Shown piece by piece: positions 27,901-42,733 of a DNA stretch of 64,000 nucleotides. The first letter of the stretch is position 1. Every line of letters starts with the position of its first letter. The notes beneath the pieces were generated by a model. That model saw nothing but the letters and a program-made list of their open reading frames with translations. It was not told where the DNA came from and made no database searches. Where the stretch lies: NCBI RefSeq assembly GCF_009914755.1, contig NC_060948.1; one strand, 5' to 3'. Source of the DNA: the human T2T-CHM13v2.0 reference genome, Homo sapiens. The position numbers and the translations under genes were made by a program.

Positions 27901-28512
27901 GAATGGACTGTAATGGAATGGAATGGAAGGGATTGGAATGGACTCGAATGGAATGGACTGCAATAGAAAGGATTCGAATGGAATGAAAAAGAATTGAATG
28001 GAATAGAACAGAATGGAATCAAATCGAATGAAATGGAATGGAATAGAAAGGAATGGAATGAAATGGAATGGAAAGGATTCGAATGGAATGCAATCGAATG
28101 GAATGGAATCGAACGGAATGGAATAAAATGGAAGAAAACTGGCAAGAAATGGAATCGAAATGAATGGAGTGTTATGGAACGGACTCAAAAGGAATTGAAT
28201 GTAATAGAATGGAGTGGAGTGGACTCGAATATAATGGACTGGAATGGAATGAAATCACATGGAATGGGAACGAATGGAATGGAATGGAAAGGAATGGAAT
28301 CGAATGGAAAGGAATCGAATGGAAGGGAATGAAATTGAATCAACAGGAATGGAAGGGAATAGAATAGACGGTAATGGAATGGACTCGAATAGAATGGACA
28401 CGAATGCTCAAATTGAATGGATTCGAATGGAATGGAAACGAAAGGAATGTCATCGAATGGAATTGAATCGATTGGAATGAAATCGCATAGAATGGAGTGG
28501 AATCAAATGGAA
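24949..28512 (+). repeat. DYZ1 unit U8 (3,564 bp; chimeric)
   Basis: Spacing 25362 to 28926. Confidence 0.93.
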
Positions 28513-31500
28513 TTGAATCGAAAGGAAAGGAAGCGAATGGACTGAAATGAAATGGAATGGAATTGAATGGAAAGTAATGCAATGGAATAGAATGGAACGA
28601 AATTTCACGGAATGGAATCAAACTGAATGGAATCAAATCAATGGAATCTAATCAAATGGAATGGAAAGGAATTGAATGGAGTAGATTGGATTGGATGGGA
28701 TTGGAATGAAATGTACTGGAAAGGACTCGAATTTCATGAAACGGAATGGAATGAATTGGAACGGAATGGACTCGAATGGAATGGAATGTCATGGAATGGC
28801 ATCGAATGGAATGGCATCAAATGGAATGGAATCGAATGCAATGGAATGTTATGGAATGGAATGGAATGCATTGGAATGGAATGTCCTCTAATGGAATGGA
28901 TTCGAGTGGAATGGAATCGAATATAATGGAGTCGAATGAAATGGAATTGAAAGGAATGGGATCGAATAGAATGGAATATACTGGAATGTAATGTAATGAA
29001 CACGAATGTAATTGACTGGAATGGAATGTACATGAATGGAAGGTAATCGAATGGAAAGTAATCCAATGGAATAGAATCTAATGCAATAAAACCGAATCAG
29101 ATAGAGTAGAATGTAATGGAATGGAGTGCAGTGCAATGGAATGGAATGGAATTGAATGCAATGGAATGGAATGGAATGGAATGGAATGGAATGGAATGGT
29201 ATGGAATGGATAGTAATGGACTGGAGTGAAATGGACTGGAAAGGAATGGACTCAAATTGAAAGGGCTCGAAAGGAATGGAGTCAAATGGAATGGTCTGGA
29301 ATGGAATGAACACGAATGTAATGCAATCCAATAGAATGGAATCGAATGGCATGGAATATAAAGAAATGGAATCGAAGAGAATGGAAACAAATGGAATGGA
29401 ATTGAATGGAATGGAATTGAATGGAATGGGAACGAATGGAGTGAAATTGTATGAAGTAGAAGGGAATAGAATGGAATGCAAGCGAAAGGAAAGGAATGGA
29501 TTGGAATGGAATGGAATTCATTGGAATGGAAGGGAATGTAGTGTAATGGACAGGCCTGGAATAAAGTGGAATGCTACGGTCTCGAATGGAATAAAAATGT
29601 ATGGAATGGAATGCAATGAAACGGAATCGAATGTCATAGAATGTAATGGAATGCAACAAAATGGAATCCAAAATCATTGACTGGAAAGGCTGGGTGTCGA
29701 AAGGAATTGACTCCAATGGAATGGAATCGAATGGAATGGAAGTGAATAGAATCGAACTAAATCGAATGGAATGGAATTGACAGGAACGGAATGGAAAGGA
29801 ATGCAATGATTTGGCATGGAATGGAATCGAATGGCATCGAATGGAATGGAATGGAATGCAATGGAATGGAATGTATTAGAATGTAATGAACTTTAATGGA
29901 ATGTACTCGAATGGATTCGACTGGAATGGAATGTTCTGGAAGTGAATGGACTCCAATGGAATGGATTCAAAAGGAATGGAATCGTACGGAATGGAATCTA
30001 ATGGAATGGAATTAAATGGAAATGAATCAAATTGAATAGCACGGAATTGAATTGAATGGAATGGAATGCAATGGAATCTAATGAAACGGAAAGGAAAGGA
30101 ATGGAATGGAATGGAATGGGCTGGAATGGAAAGGAATCGAAACGAATGGAATGGAATCGAACTGAAGAGACTGGAATGGAATGCACTGGAATGGAAGGGA
30201 GTGTAATGGAAGGTTCTCGAAAATAATGGAATCGAATGGAATGGAATTGAATGGAACGGAATAGAGTCGAATGGAATTGAATGGAATGGAATGGACTAGA
30301 GTGAAATGGAATCGAACCACAAGGAATGGACAGGAATAGAATGGTCTCGAATTGAATGGAACCGTATGGAATGGCATCAAACGGAATGGAATGGACAGCC
30401 ACGGAATGGAATGCACTCGAATGCAATGGAGTCGAAACTAATGGACTGGAATAGAATGGACTCGACTGGTACGGACTCCAATGGAATGGAATCGAATGGA
30501 AGGGAATCGAACGGAATGGACTCGAAGGGAAAAGACTGCAATGGAAAGGTCTCGAATGGAATGGAAATTAATGGAATGGAATGGAATCGAATGAAATGGA
30601 GTCAAAAGGAATGGAATCGAATGGCAAGAAATCGAATGTAATGGAATCGCAAGGAATTGATGTGAACGGAACGGAATGGAATGGAATCCAAAGGAATGGA
30701 ATAGAATGGAATGGAATCGAATGGAAAGGACTCGAATGGAAATCACTCGAATAGAATGCAATTTAATAAAATAGGATCAAATGTAATGGAATGGAATGGA
30801 AAGGAATCGAAACGAAAGGAATGGAGACAGATGGAATGGAATGGAACAGAGAGCAATGGTATAGAATGGAATGGAATCATCTGGAATGGAATTGAATGGA
30901 ATGGAATAATATGAAATGGAATGGAATGGAATGGAATGGAATGCCCTTGAATTAAATGGACTGGAATGGAATGGACTCGAACAGAGTGGAATGGAAAGTG
31001 TTGAGATAGAATGGAATGGACTCCTTTGGAATGGTCTAGTATGCAATGCAATCGACTGTCAGGGAATCAAAAGGAATGTAATCGAATGGATTAGACTGGA
31101 ATGCAATGGAATCGAATAGATTGGAAACGGAATGCAAAGGAATGGAATGGAATAGTATGGAATGGAATGGAAAGGAATGGAGTGGAATAGACTAGAGTGG
31201 AATGGAATGGACTGGAAAGCAATGGACTGGAATGGAACTTTCTTGGATGGACTGGAATCAAACGGAATGGAATGCAATGCAATCAAATGGCATGGAATAA
31301 AATAGAATGAAAGAGAATCAAATGGAATTGAATCGAATGGAATCGAATGGATTGTAAAGGAATAGAATGGAATGGAATGGAATTGACTCAAATGGAATGG
31401 ACTAGAATGGAATGGATTCGAATGGAAGGCAAAGGAATGGAATCTATTGGAATGGACTGTAATGGAATGGAATGGAAGGGATTGGAATGGACTCGAATGG

Positions 31501-32061
31501 AATGGACTGCAATAGAAAGGATTCGAATGGAATGAAAAAGAATTGAATGGAATAGAACAGAATGGAATCAAATCGAATGAAATGGAATGGAATAGAAAGG
31601 AATGGAATGAAATGGAATGGAAAGGATTCGAGTGGAATGCAATCGAATGGAATGGAATCGAACGGAATGGAATAAAATGGAAGAAAACTGGCAAGAAATG
31701 GAATCGAAATGAATGGAGTGTTATGGAACGGACTCAAAAGGAATTGAATGTAATAGAATGGAGTGGAGTGGACTCGAATATAATGAACTGGAATGGAATG
31801 AAATCACATGGAATGGGAACGAATGGAATGGAATGGAAAGGAATGGAATCGAATGGAAAGGAATCGAATGGAAGGGAATGAAATTGAATCAACAGGAATG
31901 GAAGGGAATAGAATAGACGGTAATGGAATGGACTCGAATAGAATGGACACGAATGCTCAAATTGAATGGATTCGAATGGAATGGAAACGAAAGGAATGTC
32001 ATCGAATGGAATTGAATCGATTGGAATGAAATCGCATAGAATGGAGTGGAATCAAATGGAA
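28513..32061 (+). repeat. DYZ1 unit U9 (3,549 bp)
   Basis: Spacing 28926 to 32475. Confidence 0.95.
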
Positions 32062-35000
32062 TTGAATCGAAAGGAAAGGAAGCGAATGGACTGAAATGAA
32101 ATGGAATGGAATTGAATGGAAAGTAATGCAATGGAATAGAATGGAACGAAATTTCACGGAATGGAATCAAACTGAATGGAATCAAATCAATGGAATCTAA
32201 TCAAATGGAATGGAAAGGAATTGAATGGAGTAGATTGGATTGGATGGGATTGGAATGAAATGTACTGGAAAGGACTCGAATTTCATGAAACGGAATGGAA
32301 TGAATTGGAACGGAATGGACTCGAATGGAATGGAATGTCATGGAATGGCATCGAATGGAATGGCATCAAATGGAATGGAATCGAATGCAATGGAATGTTA
32401 TGGAATGGAATGGAATGCATTGGAATGGAATGTCCTCTAATGGAATGGATTCGAGTGGAATGGAATCGAATATAATGGAGTCGAATGAAATGGAATTGAA
32501 AGGAATGGGATCGAATAGAATGGAATATACTGGAATGTAATGTAATGAACACGAATGTAATTGACTGGAATGGAATGTACATGAATGGAAGGTAATCGAA
32601 TGGAAAGTAATCCAATGGAATAGAATCTAATGCAATAAAACCGAATCAGATAGAGTAGAATGTAATGGAATGGAGTGCAGTGCAATGGAATGGAATGGAA
32701 TTGAATGCAATGGAATGGAATGGAATGGAATGGAATGGAATGGAATGGAATGGAATGGAATGGTATGGAATGGATAGTAATGGACTGGAGTGAAATGGAC
32801 TGGAAAGGAATGGACTCAAATTGAAAGGGCTCGAAAGGAATGGAGTCAAATGGAATGGTCTGGAATGGAATGAACACGAATGTAATGCAATCCAATAGAA
32901 TGGAATCGAATGGCATGGAATATAAAGAAATGGAATCGAAGAGAATGGAAACAAATGGAATGGAATTGAATGGAATGGAATTGAATGGAATGGGAACGAA
33001 TGGAGTGAAATTGTATGCAGTAGAAGGGAATAGAATGGAATGCAAGCGAAAGGAAAGGAATGGATTGGAATGGAATGGAATTCATTGGAATGGAAGGGAA
33101 TGTAGTGTAATGGACAGGCCTGGAATAAAGTGGAATGCTACGGTCTCGAATGGAATAAAAATGTATGGAATGGAATGCAATGAAACGGAATCGAATGTCA
33201 TAGAATGTAATGGAATGCAACAAAATGGAATCCAAAATCATTGACTGGAAAGGCTGGGTGTCGAAAGGAATTGACTCCAATGGAATGGAATCGAATGGAA
33301 TAGAAGTGAATAGAATCGAACTAAATCGAATGGAATGGAATTGATAGGAACGGAATGGAAAGGAATGCAATGATTTGGCATGGAATGGAATCGAATGGCA
33401 TCGAATGGAATGGAATGGAATGCAATGGAATGGAATGTATTAGAATGTAATGAACTTTAATGGAATGTACTCGAATGGATTCGACTGGAATGGAATGTTC
33501 TGGAAGTGAATGGACTCCAATGGAATGGATTCCAAAGGAATGGAATCGTACGGAATGGAATCTAATGGAATGGAATTAAATGGAAATGAATCAAATTGAA
33601 TAGCACGGAATTGAATTGAATGGAATGGAATGCAATGGAATCTAATGAAACGGAAAGGAAAGGAATGGAATGGAATGGAATGGGCTGGAATGGAAAGGAA
33701 TCGAAACGAATGGAATGGAATCGAACTGAAGAGACTGGAATGGAATGCACTGGAATGGAAGGGAGTGTAATGGAAGGTTCTCGAAAAAAATGGAATCGAA
33801 TGGAATGGAATTGAATGGAACGGAATAGAGTCGAATGGAATTGAATGGAATGGAATGGACTAGAGTGAAATGGAATCGAACCACAAGGAATGGACAGGAA
33901 TAGAATGGTCTCGAATTGAATGGAATCGTATGGAATGGCATCAAACGGAATGGAATGGACAGCCACGGAATGGAATGCACTCGAATGCAATGGAGTCGAA
34001 ACTAATGGACTGGAATAGAATGGACTCGACTGGTACGGACTCCAATGGAATGGAATCGAATGGAAGGGAATCGAACGGAATGGACTCGAAGGGAAAAGAC
34101 TGCAATGGAAAGGTCTCGAATGGAATGGAAATTAATGGAATGGAATGGAATCGAATGAAATGGAGTCAAAAGGAATGGAATCGAATGGCAAGAAATCGAA
34201 TGTAATGGAATCGCAAGGAATTGATGTGAACGGAACGGAATGGAATGGAATCCAAAGGAATGGAATAGAATGGAATGGAATCGAATGGAAAGGACTCGAA
34301 TGGAAATCACTCGAATAGAATGCAATTTAATAAAATAGGATCAAATGTAATGGAATGGAATGGAAAGGAATCGAAACGAAAGGAATGGAGACAGATGGAA
34401 TGGAATGGAACAGAGAGCAATGGTATAGAATGGAATGGAATCATCTGGAATGGAATTGAATGGAATGGAATAATATGAAATGGAATGGAATGGAATGGAA
34501 TGGAATGCCCTTGAATTAAATGGACTGGAATGGAATGAACTCGAACAGAGTGGAATGGAAAGTGTTGAGATAGAATGGAATGGACTCCTTTGGAATGGTC
34601 TAGTATGCAATGCAATCGACTGTCAGGGAATCAAAAGGAATGTAATCGAATGGATTGGACTGGAATGCAATGGACTCGAATAGATTGGAAACGGAATGCA
34701 AAGGAATGGAATGGAATAGTATGGAATGGAATGGAAAGGAATGGAGTGGAATAGACTAGAGTGGAATGGAATGGACTGGAAAGCAATGGACTGGAATGGA
34801 ACTTTCTTGGATGGACTGGAATCAAACGGAATGGAATACAATGCAATCAAATGGCATGGAATAAAATAGAATGAAAGAGAATCAAATGGAATTGAATCGA
34901 ATGGAATCGAATGGATTGTAAAGGAATAGAATGGAATGGAATGGAATTGACTCAAATGGAATGGACTAGAATGGAATGGATTCGAATGGAAGGCAAAGGA

Positions 35001-35625
35001 ATGGAATCTATTGGAATGGACTGTAATGGAATGGAATGGAAGGGATTGGAATGGACTCGAATGGAATGGACTGCAATAGAAAGGATTCGAATGGAATGAA
35101 AAAGAATTGAATGGAATAGAACAGAATGGAATCAAATCGAATGAAATGGAATGGAATAGAAAGGAATGGAATGAAATGGAATGGAAAGGATTCGAATGGA
35201 ATGCAATCGAATGGAATGGAATCGAACGGAATGGAATAAAATGGAAGAAAACTGGCAAGAAATGGAATCGAAATGAATGGAGTGTTATGGAACGGACTCA
35301 AAAGGAATTGAATGTAATAGAATGGAGTGGAGTGGACTCGAATATAATGGACTGGAATGGAATGAAATCACATGGAATGGGAACGAATGGAATGGAATGG
35401 AAAGGAATGGAATCGAATGGAAAGGAATCGAATGGAAGGGAATGAAATTGAATCAACAGGAATGGAAGGGAATAGAATAGACGGTAATGGAATGGACTCG
35501 AATAGAATGGACACGAATGCTCAAATTGAATGGATACGAATGGAATGGAAACGAAAGGAATGTCATCGAATGGAATTGAATCGATTGGAATGAAATCGCA
35601 TAGAATGGAGTGGAATCAAATGGAA
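32062..35625 (+). repeat. DYZ1 unit U10 (3,564 bp)
   Basis: Spacing 32475 to 36039. Confidence 0.95.
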
Positions 35626-38600
35626 TTGAATCGAAAGGAAAGGAAGCGAATGGACTGAAATGAAATGGAATGGAATTGAATGGAAAGTAATGCAATGGAA
35701 TAGAATGGAACGAAATTTCACGGAATGGAATCAAACTGAATGGAATCAAATCAATGGAATCTAATCAAATGGAATGGAAAGGAATTGAATGGAGTAGATT
35801 GGATTGGATGGGATTGGAATGAAATGTACTGGAAAGGACTCGAATTTCATGAAACGGAATGGAATGAATTGGAACGGAATGGACTCGAATGGAATGGAAT
35901 GTCATGGAATGGCATCGAATGGAATGGCATCAAATGGAATGGAATCGAATGCAATGGAATGTTATGGAATGGAATGGAATGCATTGGAATGGAATGTCCT
36001 CTAATGGAATGGATTCGAGTGGAATGGAATCGAATATAATGGAGTCGAATGAAATGGAATTGAAAGGAATGGGATCGAATAGAATGGAATATACTGGAAT
36101 GTAATGTAATGAACACGAATGTAATTGACTGGAATGGAATGTACATGAATGGAAGGTAATCGAATGGAAAGTAATCCAATGGAATAGAATCTAATGCAAT
36201 AAAACCGAATCAGATAGAGTAGAATGTAATGGAATGGAGTGCAGTGCAATGGAATGGAATGGAATTGAATGCAATGGAATGGAATGGAATGGAATGGAAT
36301 GGAATGGAATGGAATGGTATGGAATGGATAGTAATGGACTGGAGTGAAATGGACTGGAAAGGAATGGACTCAAATTGAAAGGGCTCGAAAGGAATGGAGT
36401 CAAATGGAATGGTCTGGAATGGAATGAACACGAATGTAATGCAATCCAATAGAATGGAATCGAATGGCATGGAATATAAAGAAATGGAATCGAAGAGAAT
36501 GGAAACAAATGGAATGGAATTGAATGGAATGGAATTGAATGGAATGGGAACGAATGGAGTGAAATTGTATGCAGTAGAAGGGAATAGAATGGAATGCAAG
36601 CGAAAGGAAAGGAATGGATTGGAATGGAATGGAATTCATTGGAATGGAAGGGAATGTAGTGTAATGGACAGGCCTGGAATAAAGTGGAATGCTACGGTCT
36701 CGAATGGAATAAAAATGTATGGAATGGAATGCAATGAAACGGAATCGAATGTCATAGAATGTAATGGAATGCAACAAAATGGAATCCAAAATCATTGACT
36801 GGAAAGGCTGGGTGTCGAAAGGAATTGACTCCAATGGAATGGAATCGAATGGAATGGAAGTGAATAGAATCGAACTAAATCGAATGGAATGGAATTGATA
36901 GGAACGGAATGGAAAGGAATGCAATGATTTGGCATGGAATGGAATCGAATGGCATCGAATGGAATGGAATGGAATGCAATGGAATGGAATGTATTAGAAT
37001 GGAATGAACTTTAATGGAATGTACTCGAATGGATTCGACTGGAATGGAATGTTCTGGAAGTGAATGGACTCCAATGGAATGGATTCAAAAGGAATGGAAT
37101 CGTACGGAATGGAATCTAATGGAATGGAATTAAATGGAAATGAATCAAATTGAATAGCACGGAATTGAATTGAATGGAATGGAATGCAATGGAATCTAAT
37201 GAAACGGAAAGGAAAGGAATGGAATGGAATGGAATGGGCTGGAATGGAAAGGAATCGAAACGAATGGAATGGAATCGAACTGAAGAGACTGGAATGGAAT
37301 GCACTGGAATGGAAGGGAGTGTAATGGAAGGTTCTCGAAAAAAATGGAATCGAATGGAATGGAATTGAATGGAACGGAATAGAGTCGAATGGAATTGAAT
37401 GGAATGGAATGGACTAGAGTGAAATGGAATCGAACCACAAGGAATGGACAGGAATAGAATGGTCTCGAATTGAATGGAATCGTATGGAATGGCATCAAAC
37501 GGAATGGAATGGACAGCCACGGAATGGAATGCACTCGAATGCAATGGAGTCGAAACTAATGGACTGGAATAGAATGGACTCGACTGGTACGGACTCCAAT
37601 GGAATGGAATCGAATGGAAGGGAATCGAACGGAATGGACTCGAAGGGAAAAGACTGCAATGGAAAGGTCTCGAATGGAATGGAAATTAATGGAATGGAAT
37701 GGAATCGAATGAAATGGAGTCAAAAGGAATGGAATCGAATGGCAAGAAATCGAATGTAATGGAATCGCAAGGAATTGATGTGAACGGAACGGAATGGAAT
37801 GGAATCCAAAGGAATGGAATAGAATGGAATGGAATCGAATGGAAAGGACTCGAATGGAAATCACTCGAATAGAATGCAATTTAATAAAATAGGATCAAAT
37901 GTAATGGAATGGAATGGAAAGGAATCGAAACGAAAGGAATGGAGACAGATGGAATGGAATGGAACAGAGAGCAATGGTATAGAATGGAATGGAATCATCT
38001 GGAATGGAATTGAATGGAATGGAATAATATGAAATGGAATGGAATGGAATGGAATGGAATGCCCTTGAATTAAATGGACTGGAATGGAATGGACTCGAAC
38101 AGAGTGGAATGGAAAGTGTTGAGATAGAATGGAATGGACTCCTTTGGAATGGTCTAGTATGCAATGCAATCGACTGTCAGGGAATCAAAAGGAATGTAAT
38201 CGAATGGATTGGACTGGAATGCAATGGACTCGAATAGATTGGAAACGGGATGCAAAGGAATGGAATGGAATAGTATGGAATGGAATGGAAAGGAATGGAG
38301 TTGAATAGACTAGAGTGGAATGGAATGGACTGGAAAGCAATGGACTGGAATGGAACTTTCTTGAATGGACTGGAATCAAACGGAATGGAATGCAATGCAA
38401 TCAAATGGCATGGAATAAAATAGAATGAAAGAGAATCAAATGGAATTGAATCGAATGGAATCGAATGGATTGTAAAGGAATAGAATGGAATGGAATGGAA
38501 TTGACTCAAATGGAATGGACTAGAATGGAATGGATTCGAATGGAAGGCAAAGGAATGGAATCTATTGGAATGGACTGTAATGGAATGGAATGGAAGGGAT

Positions 38601-39179
38601 TGGAATGGACTCGAATGGAATGGACTGCAATAGAAAGGATTCGAATGGAATGAAAAAGAATTGAATGGAATAGAACAGAATGGAATCAAATCGAATGAAA
38701 TGGAATGGAATAGAAAGGAATGGAATGAAATGGAATGGAAAGGATTCGAATGGAATGCAATCGAATGGAATGGAATCGAACGGAATGGAATAAAATGGAA
38801 GAAAACTGGCAAGAAATGGAATCGAAATGAATGGAGTGTTATGGAACGGACTCAAAAGGAATTGAATGTAATAGAATGGAGTGGAGTGGACTCGAATATA
38901 ATGGACTGGAATGGAATGAAATCACATGGAATGGGAACGAATGGAATGGAATGGAAAGGAATGGAATCGAATGGAAAGGAATCGAATGGAAGGGAATGAA
39001 ATTGAATCAACAGGAATGGAAGGGAATAGAATAGACGGTAATGGAATGGACTCGAATAGAATGGACACGAATGCTCAAATTGAATGGATTCGAATGGAAT
39101 GTAAACGAAAGGAATGTCATCGAATGGAATTGAATCGATTGGAATGAAATCGCATAGAATGGAGTGGAATCAAATGGAA
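35626..39179 (+). repeat. DYZ1 unit U11 (3,554 bp)
   Basis: Spacing 36039 to 39593. Confidence 0.95.
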
Positions 39180-42100
39180 TTGAATCGAAAGGAAAGGAAG
39201 CGAATGGACTGAAATGAAATGGAATGGAATTGAATGGAAAGTAATGCAATGGAATAGAATGGAACGAAATTTCACGGAATGGAATCAAACTGAATGGAAT
39301 CAAATCAATGGAATCTAATCAAATGGAATGGAAAGGAATTGAATGGAGTAGATTGGATTGGATGGGATTGGAATGAAATGTACTGGAAAGGACTCGAATT
39401 TCATGAAACGGAATGGAATGAATTGGAACGGAATGGACTCGAATGGAATGGAATGTCATGGAATGGCATCGAATGGAATGGCATCAAATGGAATGGAATC
39501 GAATGCAATGGAATGTTATGGAATGGAATGGAATGCATTGGAATGGAATGTCCTCTAATGGAATGGATTCGAGTGGAATGGAATCGAATATAATGGAGTC
39601 GAATGAAATGGAATTGAAAGGAATGGGATCGAATAGAATGGAATATACTGGAATGTAATGTAATGAACACGAATGTAATTGACTGGAATGGAATGTACAT
39701 GAATGGAAGGTAATCGAATGGAAAGTAATCCAATGGAATAGAATCTAATGCAATAAAACCGAATCAGATAGAGTAGAATGTAATGGAATGGAGTGCAGTG
39801 CAATGGAATGGAATGGAATTGAATGCAATGGAATGGAATGGAATGGAATGGAATGGAATGGAATGGTATGGAATGGATAGTAATGGACTGGAGTGAAATG
39901 GACTGGAAAGGAATGGACTCAAATTGAAAGGGCTCGAAAGGAATGGAGTCAAATGGAATGGTCTGGAATGGAATGAACACGAATGTAATGCAATCCAATA
40001 GAATGGAATCGAATGGCATGGAATATAAAGAAATGGAATCGAAGAGAATGGAAACAAATGGAATGGAATTGAATGGAATGGAATTGAATGGAATGGGAAC
40101 GAATGGAGTGAAATTGTATGCAGTAGAAGGGAATAGAATGGAATGCAAGCGAAAGGAAAGGAATGGATTGGAATGGAATGGAATTCATTGGAATGGAAGG
40201 GAATGTAGTGTAATGGACAGGCCTGGAATAAAGTGGAATGCTACGGTCTCGAATGGAATAAAAATGTATGGAATGGAATGCAATGAAACGGAATCGAATG
40301 TCATAGAATGTAATGGAATGCAACAAAATGGAATCCAAAATCATTGACTGGAAAGGCTGGGTGTCGAAAGGAATTGACTCCAATGGAATGGAATCGAATG
40401 GAATGGAAGTGAATAGAATCGAACTAAATCGAATGGAATGGAATTGATAGGAACGGAATGGAAAGGAATGCAATGATTTGGCATGGAATGGAATCGAATG
40501 GCATCGAATGGAATGGAATGGAATGCAATGGAATGGAATGTATTAGAATGTAATGAACTTTAATGGAATGTACTCGAATGGATTCGACTGGAATGGAATG
40601 TTCTGGAAGTGAATGGACTCCAATGGAATGGAATCTAATGGAATGGAATCGTACGGAATGGAATCTAATGGAATGGAATTAAATGGAAATGAATCAAATT
40701 GAATAGCACGGAATTGAATTGAATGGAATGGAATGCAATGGAATCTAATGAAACGGAAAGGAAAGGAATGGAATGGAATGGAATGGGCTGGAATGGAAAG
40801 GAATCGAAACGAATGGAATGGAATCGAACTGAAGAGACTGGAATGGAATGCACTGGAATGGAAGGGAGTGTAATGGAAGGTTCTCGAAAAAAATGGAATC
40901 GAATGGAATGGAATTGAATGGAACGGAATAGAGTCGAATGGAATTGAATGGAATGGAATGGACTAGAGTGAAATGGAATCGAACCACAAGGAATGGACAG
41001 GAATAGAATGGTCTCGAATTGAATGGAATCGTATGGAATGGCATCAAACGGAATGGAATGGACAGCCACGGAATGGAATGCACTCGAATGCAATGGAGTC
41101 GAAACTAATGGACTGGAATAGAATGGACTCGACTGGTACGGACTCCAATGGAATGGAATCGAATGGAAGGGAATCGAACGGAATGGACTCGAAGGGAAAA
41201 GACTGCAATGGAAAGGTCTCGAATGGAATGGAAATTAATGGAATGGAATGGAATCGAATGAAATGGAGTCAAAAGGAATGGAATCGAATGGCAAGAAATC
41301 GAATGTAATGGAATCGCAAGGAATTGATGTGAACGGAACGGAATGGAATGGAATCCAAAGGAATGGAATAGAATGGAATGGAATCGAATGGAAAGGACTC
41401 GAATGGAAATCACTCGAATAGAATGCAATTTAATAAAATAGGATCAAATGTAATGGAATGGAATGGAAAGGAATCGAAACGAAAGGAATGGAGACAGATG
41501 GAATGGAATGGAACAGAGAGCAATGGTATAGAATGGAATGGAATCATCTGGAATGGAATTGAATGGAATGGAATAATATGAAATGGAATGGAATGGAATG
41601 GAATGGAATGGAATGCCCTTGAATTAAATGGACTGGAATGGAATGGACTCGAACAGAGTGGAATGGAAAGTGTTGAGATAGAATGGAATGGACTCCTTTG
41701 GAATGGTCTAGTATGCAATGCAATCGACTGTCAGGGAATCAAAAGGAATGTAATCGAATGGATTGGACTGGAATGCAATGGACTCGAATAGATTGGAAAC
41801 GGAATGCAAAGGAATGGAATGGAATAGTATGGAATGGAATGGAAAGGAATGGAGTGGAATAGACTAGAGTGGAATGGAATGGACTGGAAAGCAATGGACT
41901 GGAATGGAACTTTCTTGAATGGACTGGAATCAAACGGAATGGAATGCAATGCAATCAAATGGCATGGAATAAAATAGAATGAAAGAGAATCAAATGGAAT
42001 TGAATCGAATGGAATCGAATGGATTGTAAAGGAATAGAATGGAATGGAATGGAATTGACTCAAATGGAATGGACTAGAATGGAATGGATTCGAATGGAAG

Positions 42101-42733
42101 GCAAAGGAATGGAATCTATTGGAATGGACTGTAATGGAATGGAATGGAAGGGATTGGAATGGACTCGAATGGAATGGACTGCAATAGAAAGGATTCGAAT
42201 GGAATGAAAAAGAATTGAATGGAATAGAACAGAATGGAATCAAATCGAATGAAATGGAATGGAATAGAAAGGAATGGAATGAAATGGAATGGAAAGGATT
42301 CGAATGGAATGCAATCGAATGGAATGGAATCGAACGGAATGGAATAAAATGGAAGAAAACTGGCAAGAAATGGAATCGAAATGAATGGAGTGTTATGGAA
42401 CGGACTCAAAAGGAATTGAATGTAATAGAATGGAGTGGAGTGGACTCGAATATAATGGACTGGAATGGAATGAAATCACATGGAATGGGAACGAATGGAA
42501 TGGAATGGAAAGGAATGGAATCGAATGGAAAGGAATCGAATGGAAGGGAATGAAATTGAATCAACAGGAATGGAAGGGAATAGAATAGACGGTAATGGAA
42601 TGGACTCGAATAGAATGGACACGAATGCTCAAATTGAATGGATTCGAATGGAATGGAAACGAAAGGAATGTCATCGAATGGAATTGAATCGATTGGAATG
42701 AAATCGCATAGAATGGAGTGGAATCAAATGGAA
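39180..42733 (+). repeat. DYZ1 unit U12 (3,554 bp)
   Basis: Spacing 39593 to 43147. Confidence 0.95.
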
